Positions 1 to 10,215 of a DNA stretch of 48,043 nt are shown here, piece by piece. Each line of letters starts with the position of its first letter. The stretch's first letter is position 1. The notes beneath the pieces were generated by a model. That model was not told where the DNA came from and did no database searches. It was given only the letters and a program-made list of their open reading frames with translations. The translations under genes and the position numbers were made by a program. The stretch lies in the sequence record SRR9188676_3046; one strand, written 5' to 3'.

Positions 1-303
1 TTGGTCTAAAAAACTTAGCTTTTTTCGTTGTGTTGGATTGCAATTAATAGCACTCATAAACTCTGATTTGTTAATATTATACAGTAGGGCTTAGCGTCAG
101 CCATGTGTTATTTTGAGAGTAATGATTTAAATGTCATTGTGAACATTCCCACAAATTCATTTAAAAGCAGATTACTTCAATGTTTTTGAAGTAAATTATT
201 ATGTAATATTGCAATATTACGATAAACATCTAAAATAAAAAAGAGAATGGTTCGTGTTTTCTTTTTGTGATTTGTTTTATTTAACATAACATAAATTATA
301 AAG

Positions 304-1440
304 CTAAACATATTCTTTGCTTATCGCTTCCTTGTACTTATTTAGCAGTAAATGTTTTCCGTTTTCTGAGGCTATTTTTAAAACACTAACTTTACACAAA
401 GCATCGATTCTAGCTATTTGGTCATTAGCTGAATTTATCTTTCCTAATTCATCATCAAAACCTGCAATATTTTTTATAGCATTTTTAATGATTGAAGTAA
501 GTTTTTCAAAGTTTTCAAAAGATAGGTCTGAACTACCCAGATAGTTTTCGAGTCTTGCTCCTTTTCTATAAATTGGATAATTTTCTAATCCCATGAATGC
601 CAACATCCAATCCATATTGTAATAACCAATAGTCTTAGTAATTCCTACATAATCTGCAATTAGTTCGTCGTGAAGGTTATTAGACGCACTGCCATATTTT
701 TTTAGCGTAAATAGATGTGTACACTCATGTTCAAGTCTGATTGAATAGGAATATAACTTCCATTCAGATTCAGATATTGCTAAACTACTAGCAGAAACGT
801 TACTGTAAGGTTTTGTACTTAAAATGATTATTCTATCTTTAAATAATCCTGAATTTGGTAAGACATTTTTTGCAAATTCCTCATTCCAGTTTTCTAAAAG
901 ATTATTTGCTAACCAATCTTGTTTCAAAGAATGTAATCTATCCCAATTATTAATTCCATTAATTAGTATTGCCCCCATTGAGTTAGGAATAGAGATTGGG
1001 TTATTCTTGTATAAAAGGCTTTGAACGATTTGTTTAAAATCCTGATTGTTAGGAACTTTTATGACTGGAATTTTACCCGCTATACTTTCAAAAATATTAA
1101 TTTCAATTCCTTCTGGGTCAATGAGATTTAGTGTACTCTTCCTTTTGACCGTAGCATTTTTCCCTTTCAATACTGTATCAACGTAATCCTCTGTTTTGTT
1201 TATTCCTTCTTCTATAGGGAAATTTAATTGAGGATAACACATTTTCAAAATGGAAAAAGCATTTCCACCAACAGAATCTGTTGCATAACCTTCCCACGAA
1301 CTAATATATGGCTCGTCGATAAATAAGGACTGAGGTTGTGCTTTTGGGGAAGAAAACTTATTCTGAAAATACAATTCCAGTTCTTTAGATAAATCGTCGC
1401 CTTCTTCTTTTAATGCCAAACTTGATAAAGTAGTTTCCAT
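304..1440 (-). CDS. Uncharacterised HExxH protein (DUF7005-like) at the end of the NHLP export operon; possible metalloenzyme
   Basis: 378-aa ORF starting 3 nt after the ABC transporter stop; RLEHECTH motif followed by NNLHDELIADY; family name is from recall. Confidence 0.65.
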   Translation of the reverse strand: METTLSSLALKEEGDDLSKELELYFQNKFSSPKAQPQSLFIDEPYISSWEGYATDSVGGNAFSILKMCYPQLNFPIEEGINKTEDYVDTVLKGKNATVKRKSTLNLIDPEGIEINIFESIAGKIPVIKVPNNQDFKQIVQSLLYKNNPISIPNSMGAILINGINNWDRLHSLKQDWLANNLLENWNEEFAKNVLPNSGLFKDRIIILSTKPYSNVSASSLAISESEWKLYSYSIRLEHECTHLFTLKKYGSASNNLHDELIADYVGITKTIGYYNMDWMLAFMGLENYPIYRKGARLENYLGSSDLSFENFEKLTSIIKNAIKNIAGFDDELGKINSANDQIARIDALCKVSVLKIASENGKHLLLNKYKEAISKEYV

Positions 1441-1443
1441 TGA

Positions 1444-4356
1444 TTAAGCAATTTGGCGTTTGGCAAGTTGTGCAAAAAGAGCATCATTTTCCATTAATTC
1501 ATCATACGTACCCGCTTCAACGATAGTTCCTTTATCCATCACATAAATACGGTCAGCATTCTTGATGGTACTTAGTCTGTGAGCTATTATGATTCGGGTT
1601 GCTTGAAGTTTATCTAAACTTTGAGAAACAATATTTTGTGTTCTGTTGTCTAATGCACTAGTTGCTTCATCCATAAACAGTAACCTTGGCTTATGTACAA
1701 TTGCCCTTGCAATCATCAATCGTTGTCTTTGTCCACCCGAAAATGTGCCTGCTCCTTCACTAACCACGGTGTGCATTTCCATTGGCATTTGCTTGATATC
1801 ATCTTCCATTCCTGCCATACGTGCAGCTTCCCAAGCATCATCTAATGTCAATTCGGAATTTCCCACGATATTTTGATAAATACTTCCTGACATTAATGCA
1901 CCATTTTGTAAAACAACGCCGATTTGTCTTCGTACTAATTCTTTATTCATTGATTCAAAAGAATCTGTATCATAATAAATAGAACCTGCTTCGGCTTGTT
2001 CAAAGCCTAAAAGTAATCTCATAATCGTAGATTTACCTGAACCTGAGGCTCCTACGAAGGCAACCATTTCGCCTGGTTTAACTTTGAAAGTAACGTTATT
2101 TAATACCAGTGGAAGGTCTTCTTTGTATCTAAAAGAAATGGAGTTCATTTCTATTTCTCCTGCTAATTCACCAGGGTCTATACTTTGTTCGGCAGATTCT
2201 GTTTCTTCTTCCAAAATTGGCTTTACTCTTTCATACAATGTAATTACATTCAGAGACGTAATTAGAGCCATACTTAGTCTTAAACTATCATTCAAAAATT
2301 TGTTAAAAGCACTAATAAAAGCCAAAAAAGCTCCTACTGAAAGCATACTTACAGCTCCAGTCGAATTTAATATGGTATAATATAAGAATGAGAAAAAGAA
2401 GATGCTGGTTAAAAGTGGGTAAGACGCATTGAATGTTTCTACAAAATTTTGATACATTCCTGAGTTAAATCCAAGTTTCTTTAAGTTTGAAAACTTATCT
2501 GCCCAAAGTGTGAAAACTCTACTTTCTCCTCCTGTTATTCTTATTTTAGTAATTCCTGATAGAAACTCAAATAAAAATCCTTGTATTTCACCTTGATACT
2601 TAGATACTTGTCGATCATATTTTAATTTTAGTAATCCAATGCAAACTATAAAAGCGGCTGCAATTGCACCTAAGAGTACACCAACCCAAGCCAACTTGGC
2701 ATCATAATAAAAAAGTAATATCAAATTGACAAAAGAGAAAGCTCCACTCAATACCGCTGTCATTAAAGTATTTGAAACAATTTGACGAATAGCATTAATA
2801 CTTAATACTCTATTGGTAAGGTCGCCAGCAGAGAATTTTTTATAAAAAGTCACAGGTAATCTTAGCATGTGATCCATTACACCCGCTTGCAAATTAATAC
2901 TTGACTTTGATTCAACCCTTAATTGTAGGACTCCTTGAGCAAGCTGTAAACCTGCAGATACGAATCCTATCATAATCATAATAGCAAAAACTTCCGTGTG
3001 AAGAGATTTATCAGCAGTTGGAATAACATCATCATACATCAATCCAGATAGCATTGGTATCAATAAACCAATTAAAGTTCCTACGAATGCTGCAAGTATC
3101 AATATTTTTGAATCTTTCTCTACTCCCTTGATGGCAAAAGTAACTACTTTTTTGATTGAAGTCATTTTGCTATCAAATCCAGCAAAGAACATATTGCCAA
3201 TCGGTTCTAAAGTATCTGCAACTTCATTATCAATGACTAACTCTTCGCCACTTGACAAATTTTTCATTACATAACTTGTAGAAGTTTTTTGTATTAATGC
3301 TACTGGAGTTTTGTCTTTTTTGGTAAAAGCCAATAAATGTCCGTTTTCTTCTTTCCACCAAGTTCCTCGCAGAATAACTTTACGAATTCTTATTTTCGAG
3401 CTCTTTGCAATGGCATATAATTGATTGTTAGTACTATTTTGGTAGAATTCTATATACTTGGGCTCTTCCAAATCAAAGCCAATCTGATTTCCAATTAATT
3501 GACAGGTTGCAAAAAGAACACTTTGTTTATTTGAATTTTGATAAACAGCAGATGGACACTTTTCATCATTACCTACTACGATAGATTTTATTTTTTCTAA
3601 AGTAGTTTTTAGTCCTTGCGCTTCATTAATAAGTTTATCTTGGAAACGATTACTTTCTTCTGTTCTTTGGTTTTCAATAATTTTATTAAGTTGAGTATAG
3701 AAATACCCTTCTAGTTTGCTCAATGAAAGTAGAAAATATATTTCGTCTTCAATGAGTACCTCTCTAGTACTTAACACTCTCACTTCTGTAGCATTGGTAA
3801 GAGACTTTATCCATAATTTATTTGAAACAGGTGCAAGAAAATCAGGATATTGCGCTGAGCTGATAGGGGTACTTTCAGAAAAAACGTCAATTTCACCCTT
3901 TAGCAGGTGAATCCAATTGATGCCACTTGAAGGGAAAGCAACCGTATTTTTTTCTAAAGTAGTTATTTTAAAATCATCAAGTGCTGTGTAAATTCTTGGA
4001 GTATTATTAGTATTTAAAATGGTAGATGTTTTAGTAATCCATTTATTAATCATATTCTTTAAAAAGAAGGGATCAACATCAAGTAGATTATTTTTGTCAA
4101 TTGCTAATAAAGTAGCTTCATTTGATGAAATGATAAGCCTTGTATTATCAGTATGCTCAGGAGCCAATAAACTAAATAATATTTCTCCTTTCTGTGCGGT
4201 GTACAAGTGTCTTAAAGCAATTAAATACTCTCCATTTTCACCAATTTTAGTATAAAAAACATTTACTTCACCCGAAAGCACCAGCCAAAATCTATCCGTA
4301 TCGTTCAGAATAAAGGGATTTTCAACTCCGATATATATTTTTTCATTTACAGACAT
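1444..4356 (-). CDS. NHLP bacteriocin-system ABC transporter permease/ATPase subunit with N-terminal cNMP-binding-like region and no active C39 peptidase
   Basis: Walker A GASGSGKST, signature FSGGQRQR, Walker B LFMDEATSALD, AHRL; TM domain; N-terminal FWLVLSGEVNVF...GEILF resembles a cNMP barrel. Confidence 0.92.
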   Translation of the reverse strand: MSVNEKIYIGVENPFILNDTDRFWLVLSGEVNVFYTKIGENGEYLIALRHLYTAQKGEILFSLLAPEHTDNTRLIISSNEATLLAIDKNNLLDVDPFFLKNMINKWITKTSTILNTNNTPRIYTALDDFKITTLEKNTVAFPSSGINWIHLLKGEIDVFSESTPISSAQYPDFLAPVSNKLWIKSLTNATEVRVLSTREVLIEDEIYFLLSLSKLEGYFYTQLNKIIENQRTEESNRFQDKLINEAQGLKTTLEKIKSIVVGNDEKCPSAVYQNSNKQSVLFATCQLIGNQIGFDLEEPKYIEFYQNSTNNQLYAIAKSSKIRIRKVILRGTWWKEENGHLLAFTKKDKTPVALIQKTSTSYVMKNLSSGEELVIDNEVADTLEPIGNMFFAGFDSKMTSIKKVVTFAIKGVEKDSKILILAAFVGTLIGLLIPMLSGLMYDDVIPTADKSLHTEVFAIMIMIGFVSAGLQLAQGVLQLRVESKSSINLQAGVMDHMLRLPVTFYKKFSAGDLTNRVLSINAIRQIVSNTLMTAVLSGAFSFVNLILLFYYDAKLAWVGVLLGAIAAAFIVCIGLLKLKYDRQVSKYQGEIQGFLFEFLSGITKIRITGGESRVFTLWADKFSNLKKLGFNSGMYQNFVETFNASYPLLTSIFFFSFLYYTILNSTGAVSMLSVGAFLAFISAFNKFLNDSLRLSMALITSLNVITLYERVKPILEEETESAEQSIDPGELAGEIEMNSISFRYKEDLPLVLNNVTFKVKPGEMVAFVGASGSGKSTIMRLLLGFEQAEAGSIYYDTDSFESMNKELVRRQIGVVLQNGALMSGSIYQNIVGNSELTLDDAWEAARMAGMEDDIKQMPMEMHTVVSEGAGTFSGGQRQRLMIARAIVHKPRLLFMDEATSALDNRTQNIVSQSLDKLQATRIIIAHRLSTIKNADRIYVMDKGTIVEAGTYDELMENDALFAQLAKRQIA

Positions 4357-4483
4357 GAGAGTAAATTTTATTAGTCCTTGATTTAAGTAATGAATACAAT
4401 TTAAGCGACGTTTTGTGTTTATGTAAATAATTGATTATTAGGTGTATGAAGTGCTAATCATTACCTAAGTAGATAATTATATT

Positions 4484-6673
4484 TTATTTTGATTCAATTA
4501 GCTGAGCGTAAACACCATTTTGTTTCATCAGTTCTTGATGAGTTCCTCGCTCTACGATTTTACCGTATTGCATTACGATTATTTCATCACAATCCATAAT
4601 TGTGCTGAGTCTATGAGCAACAATCAAACAGGTACATCCTCTTCTTTTGATATTATCCATCACTAATTTTTCGGCCGTTGGGTCTAAGGCACTTGTAGCT
4701 TCGTCCATAATCAAAATAGACGGATTGGTGGCTAGTGCCCTTGCTATTTCTAAGCGTTGGCGTTGCCCACCGCTAAAATTAGAGCCGCCTTCCATCACCA
4801 TACTATCATAAGCATCTTTTCTGACTGCTATAGTATCATGAATGGCGGCATCACGAGCAGATTGAATAATATTTTTATCCGAAATGGTAGTATCCCAGAA
4901 GGCAATATTTTCTTTAATTGTCCCATTAAAAATTAGTACTTCTTGGTCAATTACTGCCAAAGAATCTGTAATGATATGTCGGGGAATATCGTCTTTGGGT
5001 TTGCCGTCGAACAAAATTTCACCTTTCCACGGTTTATATAATCCCGAAGCTATTTTAGCCACTGTTGACTTGCCACTACCAGAGCCTCCAACCAATGCAA
5101 CCCTACTGCCGGGTTTCAATTTTAAATTAAAACCTTCAACCAAAGCTGGCATCGTGGTATTATATCCAAAGGTTACATCCTTCATCTCGAAATACCCAAT
5201 CAACTTTTGATTGTTGGCAGTATTCAAATTTTTTGCTTGCTGATTATCACCTCTGAATTGGTCATCCACTTCATAATTTATTACATCGTCTATACGACCC
5301 ATGTCACTTTCTGTTTCATTTAACAATGTACCAACAGAAATTAATTGATTAACAGGCGAGATAAAATTCCCCATCAAGTAAGTGAAAGCTACCAACGCTC
5401 CAAGGGTCATCTGTCCATCCATGATTCTCAAAGCCCCTATGCCTAAAATCAAAGTAGTTGTCAACGAAGTAAGCAAAGGAGGAATGGCATTGAACCTAAC
5501 TGATAACCATCCTAATTCTTGTTGTCCATTGGTTACTTTTGCTAAATATCCAATCCAATTAGTAAAGAAATCATTTTCTCTCCCCGACGCTTTCAAGGTC
5601 TCAATCATACTGATTCCAGATGTTGTTATGCCTAATAGTTTGCCCATTTCGTTGCTCAAACGACGATTTCCATCTTTCCTCGCTCTTGATACATATTTAA
5701 TAACACCCACATTAAGCGCTGCCATTAATATCCCAATAAGGGTTAAGGGAACATCATACGAAAACATCAGGATGGCATAAAATATAACAACAATGATATT
5801 CAATGCAGCATTGGCAAGATCCCCACTTAGTAGTTTCGCTACCTTGTCGTTGAGTGATACTCTGTTACCAATTTCACCACTATAACGTTGCGTAAAAAAA
5901 GCTATCGGTAAATGAAAAACATGCCACAGGAACTTACTGGAAGTAGTTAAAGCTAATTTTGTTTCTAGTTTGAGCAAATAATATTGTTGGAGATAAACTA
6001 GTACTGCATTAATAATTAAGGTTACTCCCATAATCAGTAATAGAGGCATTACAAAGCCTGAGTAGCCATTTATCAAGTATTTATCAATAAATATTTGGAT
6101 AAATGAAGGGATAACTAAACCAGGAATGACTAAGAAAAGACTCACTAAAATAATATAGCCGATACTTAATTTTGAATTTGCAATTCTTGAACCCAAGGAT
6201 GCAAGAAGTCCTCTTTTTTCATTTCCTTTTTCAAATGTTGCACTTGGATTAAATGTAAGTACAACTCCAGTATAAGCTTCATCAAACTCTTGATGACTCA
6301 CTTGGTATCTTCCTTGGGCAGGATCACTTAAAAATACTTTATTTTTGGTAAAGCCTTCCAACACTAAAAAGTGGTTAAAATTCCAAAATATAATCGCTGG
6401 TGTCTGGATTTGCATCAGCTTTTCAAGTGATTTCGCATAGCCTTTAGATTCTAAGCCAAATTCTCTAGCTGCTTTGATAATATTGGTAGCTTTTAAGCCA
6501 TCTCTTGAAACTCCACAAGCGATTCTCAGTTTTTCCAAAGGAACGAACTTTCCGAAATATCCTAATATAATGCTCAGTGCGGCAGCACCACACTCCACAC
6601 TTTCCATCTGTAATACTGTAGGAACCTTAACTGGTCTTGCCTGTTTTTCGATAACAAACTTGGTAGTATCCAT
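4484..6673 (-). CDS. NHLP-family peptidase-containing ABC transporter (C39 peptidase/permease/ATPase)
   Basis: LQMESVECGAAAL (catalytic Cys), WNFNHFLV (His), DPAQG; GGSGSGKST, FSGGQRQR, DEATSALD. Confidence 0.95.
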   Translation of the reverse strand: MDTTKFVIEKQARPVKVPTVLQMESVECGAAALSIILGYFGKFVPLEKLRIACGVSRDGLKATNIIKAAREFGLESKGYAKSLEKLMQIQTPAIIFWNFNHFLVLEGFTKNKVFLSDPAQGRYQVSHQEFDEAYTGVVLTFNPSATFEKGNEKRGLLASLGSRIANSKLSIGYIILVSLFLVIPGLVIPSFIQIFIDKYLINGYSGFVMPLLLIMGVTLIINAVLVYLQQYYLLKLETKLALTTSSKFLWHVFHLPIAFFTQRYSGEIGNRVSLNDKVAKLLSGDLANAALNIIVVIFYAILMFSYDVPLTLIGILMAALNVGVIKYVSRARKDGNRRLSNEMGKLLGITTSGISMIETLKASGRENDFFTNWIGYLAKVTNGQQELGWLSVRFNAIPPLLTSLTTTLILGIGALRIMDGQMTLGALVAFTYLMGNFISPVNQLISVGTLLNETESDMGRIDDVINYEVDDQFRGDNQQAKNLNTANNQKLIGYFEMKDVTFGYNTTMPALVEGFNLKLKPGSRVALVGGSGSGKSTVAKIASGLYKPWKGEILFDGKPKDDIPRHIITDSLAVIDQEVLIFNGTIKENIAFWDTTISDKNIIQSARDAAIHDTIAVRKDAYDSMVMEGGSNFSGGQRQRLEIARALATNPSILIMDEATSALDPTAEKLVMDNIKRRGCTCLIVAHRLSTIMDCDEIIVMQYGKIVERGTHQELMKQNGVYAQLIESK

Positions 6674-6690
6674 CTTTTAAAATTTGTTCA

Positions 6691-7953
6691 TTAGTACAGA
6701 TCAAAAAATTTCTTAAATGCAGGTACCACGATTGTAGCAGGCGCTTCCTGTTTTATGGTAATTTTACCCGTGCAAGAAGTACCTTCTTTTATCAAAATAT
6801 CAGGGCCTTTAGCTGAAGTCCACTTGAATCCGCTGTATGATGCAGTATCTTTTTCAAATTCTACGTGAACTTCAAAAAGAGGTCCAGAGGCTAATAAACC
6901 TTTCGCTAATTGGTCATTCTTGACAGAAGTCATCATACCTTGTTGCGTAATGGGGAAGTCAGAAATGTAAGTTACCTTGGCTTTGATAAAACCGTATTCT
7001 TGTGGTTGTACTGTAGATGGAACCACAAAAGCCTCCATGCCTTTTTTAATTTTCTTACCATCTTGCGAAGGAATATAAAGTACACCCTTCAACTTAGTTA
7101 TTTTTTTTTCATGCAAGTTTTTGACTTTGAACAAAGGCGTACCAGCAGCTACCATAACGCCTGCATCTGTTAGCACTTCAACTACTTCACCATCATAAGA
7201 ACTTCTTATATTCGACTGAATATCATATCTTTCAGATACAAACTGAAGATTCCTTTCGGCTTCTGCAATTCGTTGATTTTGCAAAGTAATTTTTTGCTGT
7301 AAATCAAATCCTATATTGAGTTTTCGGCTTGAGGTTTCTGCCATTTGAGATTTTAATCTTTCGATAGTATTCTTGGAAGCATCAATTTGTTGTTTTGTAT
7401 TAGCAACTTGCGATTTTACGATTAATCCTTTTTCAAGTAAATTATTTTCAGATTCTAACTGATTACTCAGAAATGATAGTTTCTTTTTTTCTGACTCGAT
7501 TTCACCTTGAATACTTATTCTATTTTGATTAATTATTTCGCTCTCCAACTGTGTTCCTTGACTACCGTAAGACATTAATTTCCCCATCTCCAATTTCCTG
7601 TCCGACAATACAGCTTTTGCAGATTCTATTTGTTGAATAAGTTCAGGTTGTTGGATTTCAGCGATAATATCGCCTTCCTTTACATTTGTACCTATAGCAA
7701 CACTCAATTTTACGAGTTGACCTTGCGAAGTTGCAACAACCTCATGAACCTCTCCGCCTAAAACTACTCCAACGGCATTGAGTTTTGTTTTTACTCTGCC
7801 CACAACAGCCCAGCCTATACCTGTACTTAATGCCAAGAAAACCGTAAAAAGAGCAATCCAAGCTTTTGGACCAGTCACTTTTATTAATTGGTCTAATTTC
7901 TCTGGTGTCGAAAGTTTTTCCAATGCTGACTTTCTGAAAAATCCTGCTGCCAT
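6691..7953 (-). CDS. NHLP bacteriocin-system secretion protein (HlyD-type membrane fusion protein)
   Basis: FRKSALEKLSTPEKLDQLI N-terminus, one TM helix, coiled coil, PSTVQPQEYG, FKWTS motifs; lies between TolC and the C39-ABC. Confidence 0.93.
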   Translation of the reverse strand: MAAGFFRKSALEKLSTPEKLDQLIKVTGPKAWIALFTVFLALSTGIGWAVVGRVKTKLNAVGVVLGGEVHEVVATSQGQLVKLSVAIGTNVKEGDIIAEIQQPELIQQIESAKAVLSDRKLEMGKLMSYGSQGTQLESEIINQNRISIQGEIESEKKKLSFLSNQLESENNLLEKGLIVKSQVANTKQQIDASKNTIERLKSQMAETSSRKLNIGFDLQQKITLQNQRIAEAERNLQFVSERYDIQSNIRSSYDGEVVEVLTDAGVMVAAGTPLFKVKNLHEKKITKLKGVLYIPSQDGKKIKKGMEAFVVPSTVQPQEYGFIKAKVTYISDFPITQQGMMTSVKNDQLAKGLLASGPLFEVHVEFEKDTASYSGFKWTSAKGPDILIKEGTSCTGKITIKQEAPATIVVPAFKKFFDLY

Positions 7954-7967
7954 AGTTTTATTTTTTA

Positions 7968-9539
7968 TTAATTATCGGTTTGAGGAATACTATAAAATGA
8001 TTTTTGATCTAAAGTAAATCCCTGATTATCTTGTGAAATTAGCGTTCCAGTTTCATGTCTAAGGTTAATGATTGCATTAGCAAATTGTTGGTAAGCCTGT
8101 AAATATTCTAATTGTGATGCCGTTAAGCGTTCTTGGAATAATATCAAATTTAAAAGAGTAGTCAATCCTGTTTGGAATTTCCCTTGTTCGTTGTTGAAAG
8201 CTACTTGGTAATTATTCAATGCCTCTTTTGCCTTTTCAAGTACAAGTACGCTATTATTCAAATTGTTGAGGGCATTGCTAATATTTAATTCTACATTTCT
8301 TTGAAGATTATCATTAATCACTTTTTGGTCATTTAAGGCAACATTAATCTTAGCAAGATTACCTTTTGCTAAATTATTATTTACAGGAAATGTAAAGCTC
8401 AGTTTAGCTCCAACGCTCATATTTCTACCTTGATTACTTGTGAGAGAAGAGAAGGTTTCGCTAATACCATTACCCATACTTGCACTTCCGTAAGAAGCCA
8501 ATGCCGTTAAATCTAATTGTGGTGTTGTATTATTGGCTGCCAATTTAGCTTGCATTTCTAATGCTTCATATACTTTCTTGAGTGCCTTCAGGTCTGCTCT
8601 TTTTCCTTTTGCAAGTTTAATGAAAGTGTTTTTATCTAAATCTTTCCTATACTCTGACTGAGAAATTGTTGGAAACTCATTTTCAGGAATATCCAACAAC
8701 AGACTTTCTTCGTTACTAAGTCCGATTGCTCCCCCTAAATTAAGCCTTGCTGTATATAAGTTCTGTTCAGCCAAAATCGTTAGTTTTTCCTGATTAGCTA
8801 AATCTGCATTTACCTGTACTATATCTCCCGCTGGTTTTTTGTCGGCCTTTATTAACTCATTTGTGATTTCTAAAACATTTCTAACCCTACTTTCATTCTG
8901 TTTATAAATTTCTACATTTTTAAATGCAGTAAAATAATTCCAGTAAGCAAAGCCTATCTGCAAGATTTCATAAGAATTTGTAAACTCATTATTCTTTTTT
9001 GAGTTCTCTATATAAAGTAGTGATACTCTTTCAGAGACAGTAGTAACCTCACGTCCTCTCCCCCTTAATAATGGTTGTGTTAAAGAAAAATTAATAGTAC
9101 TTGAATGATTTCCCCAATAAGCTCCAACATTTTGATTAAAACTATTGAAGGGGAGATTACTATTATTGAAACCATAATTCAAACTTATATCTGTTGTTTG
9201 CCCTGAACGAAGCTTTTTACGAACACCCGCAGAGAATTCTGAAGTATTTGTTTTTAAAACCTTATCAACAAACTGATTTCTGGTATCTGCATCAAAAAGA
9301 TTGTACCTACTATTTCTAATTAATAATCCTGAATATGAATTAACATCAAATACACTTTTTTGAATCTGAAAATCAGCTCCAGCATCCTGAATGGTATAAG
9401 TACTTCTTTTTAATAAAGGATTTTTATCAAATGCCAGAGATGAGATTCCAATTAAATCACATTTGATTTTTGACTGACCGTATAAGTTGTTGATATAGAC
9501 AACAAATAACAATATGTAAATACATTTACAAAACCTCAT
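7968..9539 (-). CDS. TolC-family outer-membrane efflux protein
   Basis: Signal peptide; SLTQPLLRG, AYWN, PQLDL, GLTTLLNL motifs of OEP repeats; operon context. Confidence 0.9.
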   Translation of the reverse strand: MRFCKCIYILLFVVYINNLYGQSKIKCDLIGISSLAFDKNPLLKRSTYTIQDAGADFQIQKSVFDVNSYSGLLIRNSRYNLFDADTRNQFVDKVLKTNTSEFSAGVRKKLRSGQTTDISLNYGFNNSNLPFNSFNQNVGAYWGNHSSTINFSLTQPLLRGRGREVTTVSERVSLLYIENSKKNNEFTNSYEILQIGFAYWNYFTAFKNVEIYKQNESRVRNVLEITNELIKADKKPAGDIVQVNADLANQEKLTILAEQNLYTARLNLGGAIGLSNEESLLLDIPENEFPTISQSEYRKDLDKNTFIKLAKGKRADLKALKKVYEALEMQAKLAANNTTPQLDLTALASYGSASMGNGISETFSSLTSNQGRNMSVGAKLSFTFPVNNNLAKGNLAKINVALNDQKVINDNLQRNVELNISNALNNLNNSVLVLEKAKEALNNYQVAFNNEQGKFQTGLTTLLNLILFQERLTASQLEYLQAYQQFANAIINLRHETGTLISQDNQGFTLDQKSFYSIPQTDN

Positions 9540-9563
9540 TACATTATATGTTAAATGTTTACT

Positions 9564-10079
9564 TTATACTTCAGAAAATCTATGCAGTATTTGCCCAAAT
9601 CTGGCTCCAGCTTGTGCTACACCATCCAACACATTAATATCTATTAAATCTTCTTCTTCTGGATTTCCATATCCTAACTGATCTGTGGTCTTTCTTAATC
9701 TATTTGATAGAAACAAAGCCAAAGCATAATAGAAATTTGCTCTAAATTCCATATTAGTTACAAATCTAGCTGTTATCATTTCACGAGAAATTTGATAGAC
9801 AACCGTTGGCTGAGTAACGATAACTGAAACAGAAGGTGGTCTGGATTCAAGGAATGACATCTCTCCTACTATTTCACCAGCTTCGAGTTTGGCAACTGTT
9901 TCATTATTGTTGGTACATACTGCCAACTGACCAGACAAAACTATGTACAAACTATCAACAGACTCTCCTTTATTGATGAGTCTATCGCCTGTTTCCAGTG
10001 TTAATTTGCTACCATTGGTAATCATCCACTCAACATCTCTGTCATTTAATTGACCTAAGAAAAAAAGGACTCTTTTCAT
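9564..10079 (-). CDS. Stand-alone cyclic nucleotide-binding domain protein (bacteriocin-transport-associated type)
   Basis: LINKGESVDSLYIVLSGQL...GEIVGEMSFL cNMP fold motifs; no C-terminal HTH; first gene before tolC. Confidence 0.88.
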   Translation of the reverse strand: MKRVLFFLGQLNDRDVEWMITNGSKLTLETGDRLINKGESVDSLYIVLSGQLAVCTNNNETVAKLEAGEIVGEMSFLESRPPSVSVIVTQPTVVYQISREMITARFVTNMEFRANFYYALALFLSNRLRKTTDQLGYGNPEEEDLIDINVLDGVAQAGARFGQILHRFSEV

Positions 10080-10215
10080 AATTATCTTGTTTTAAAGTAA
10101 TACACTAATTTATGCTGTTAAAGCTTGACAATTAAGCCAAAATGTATGTCATTACTGCCATTGAAAGCTTTTGATAAGGTAATAGTTTTGAGTTCAGTCT
10201 GCATAGAATAGACGA

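Noticed and set aside
1-57. Possible start of a minus-strand gene (MSAINCNPTQRKKLSFLDQ...) running off the left edge
   Set aside because: Only 19 codons visible with no recognisable motif; cannot be supported, though the RiPP locus may continue leftwards
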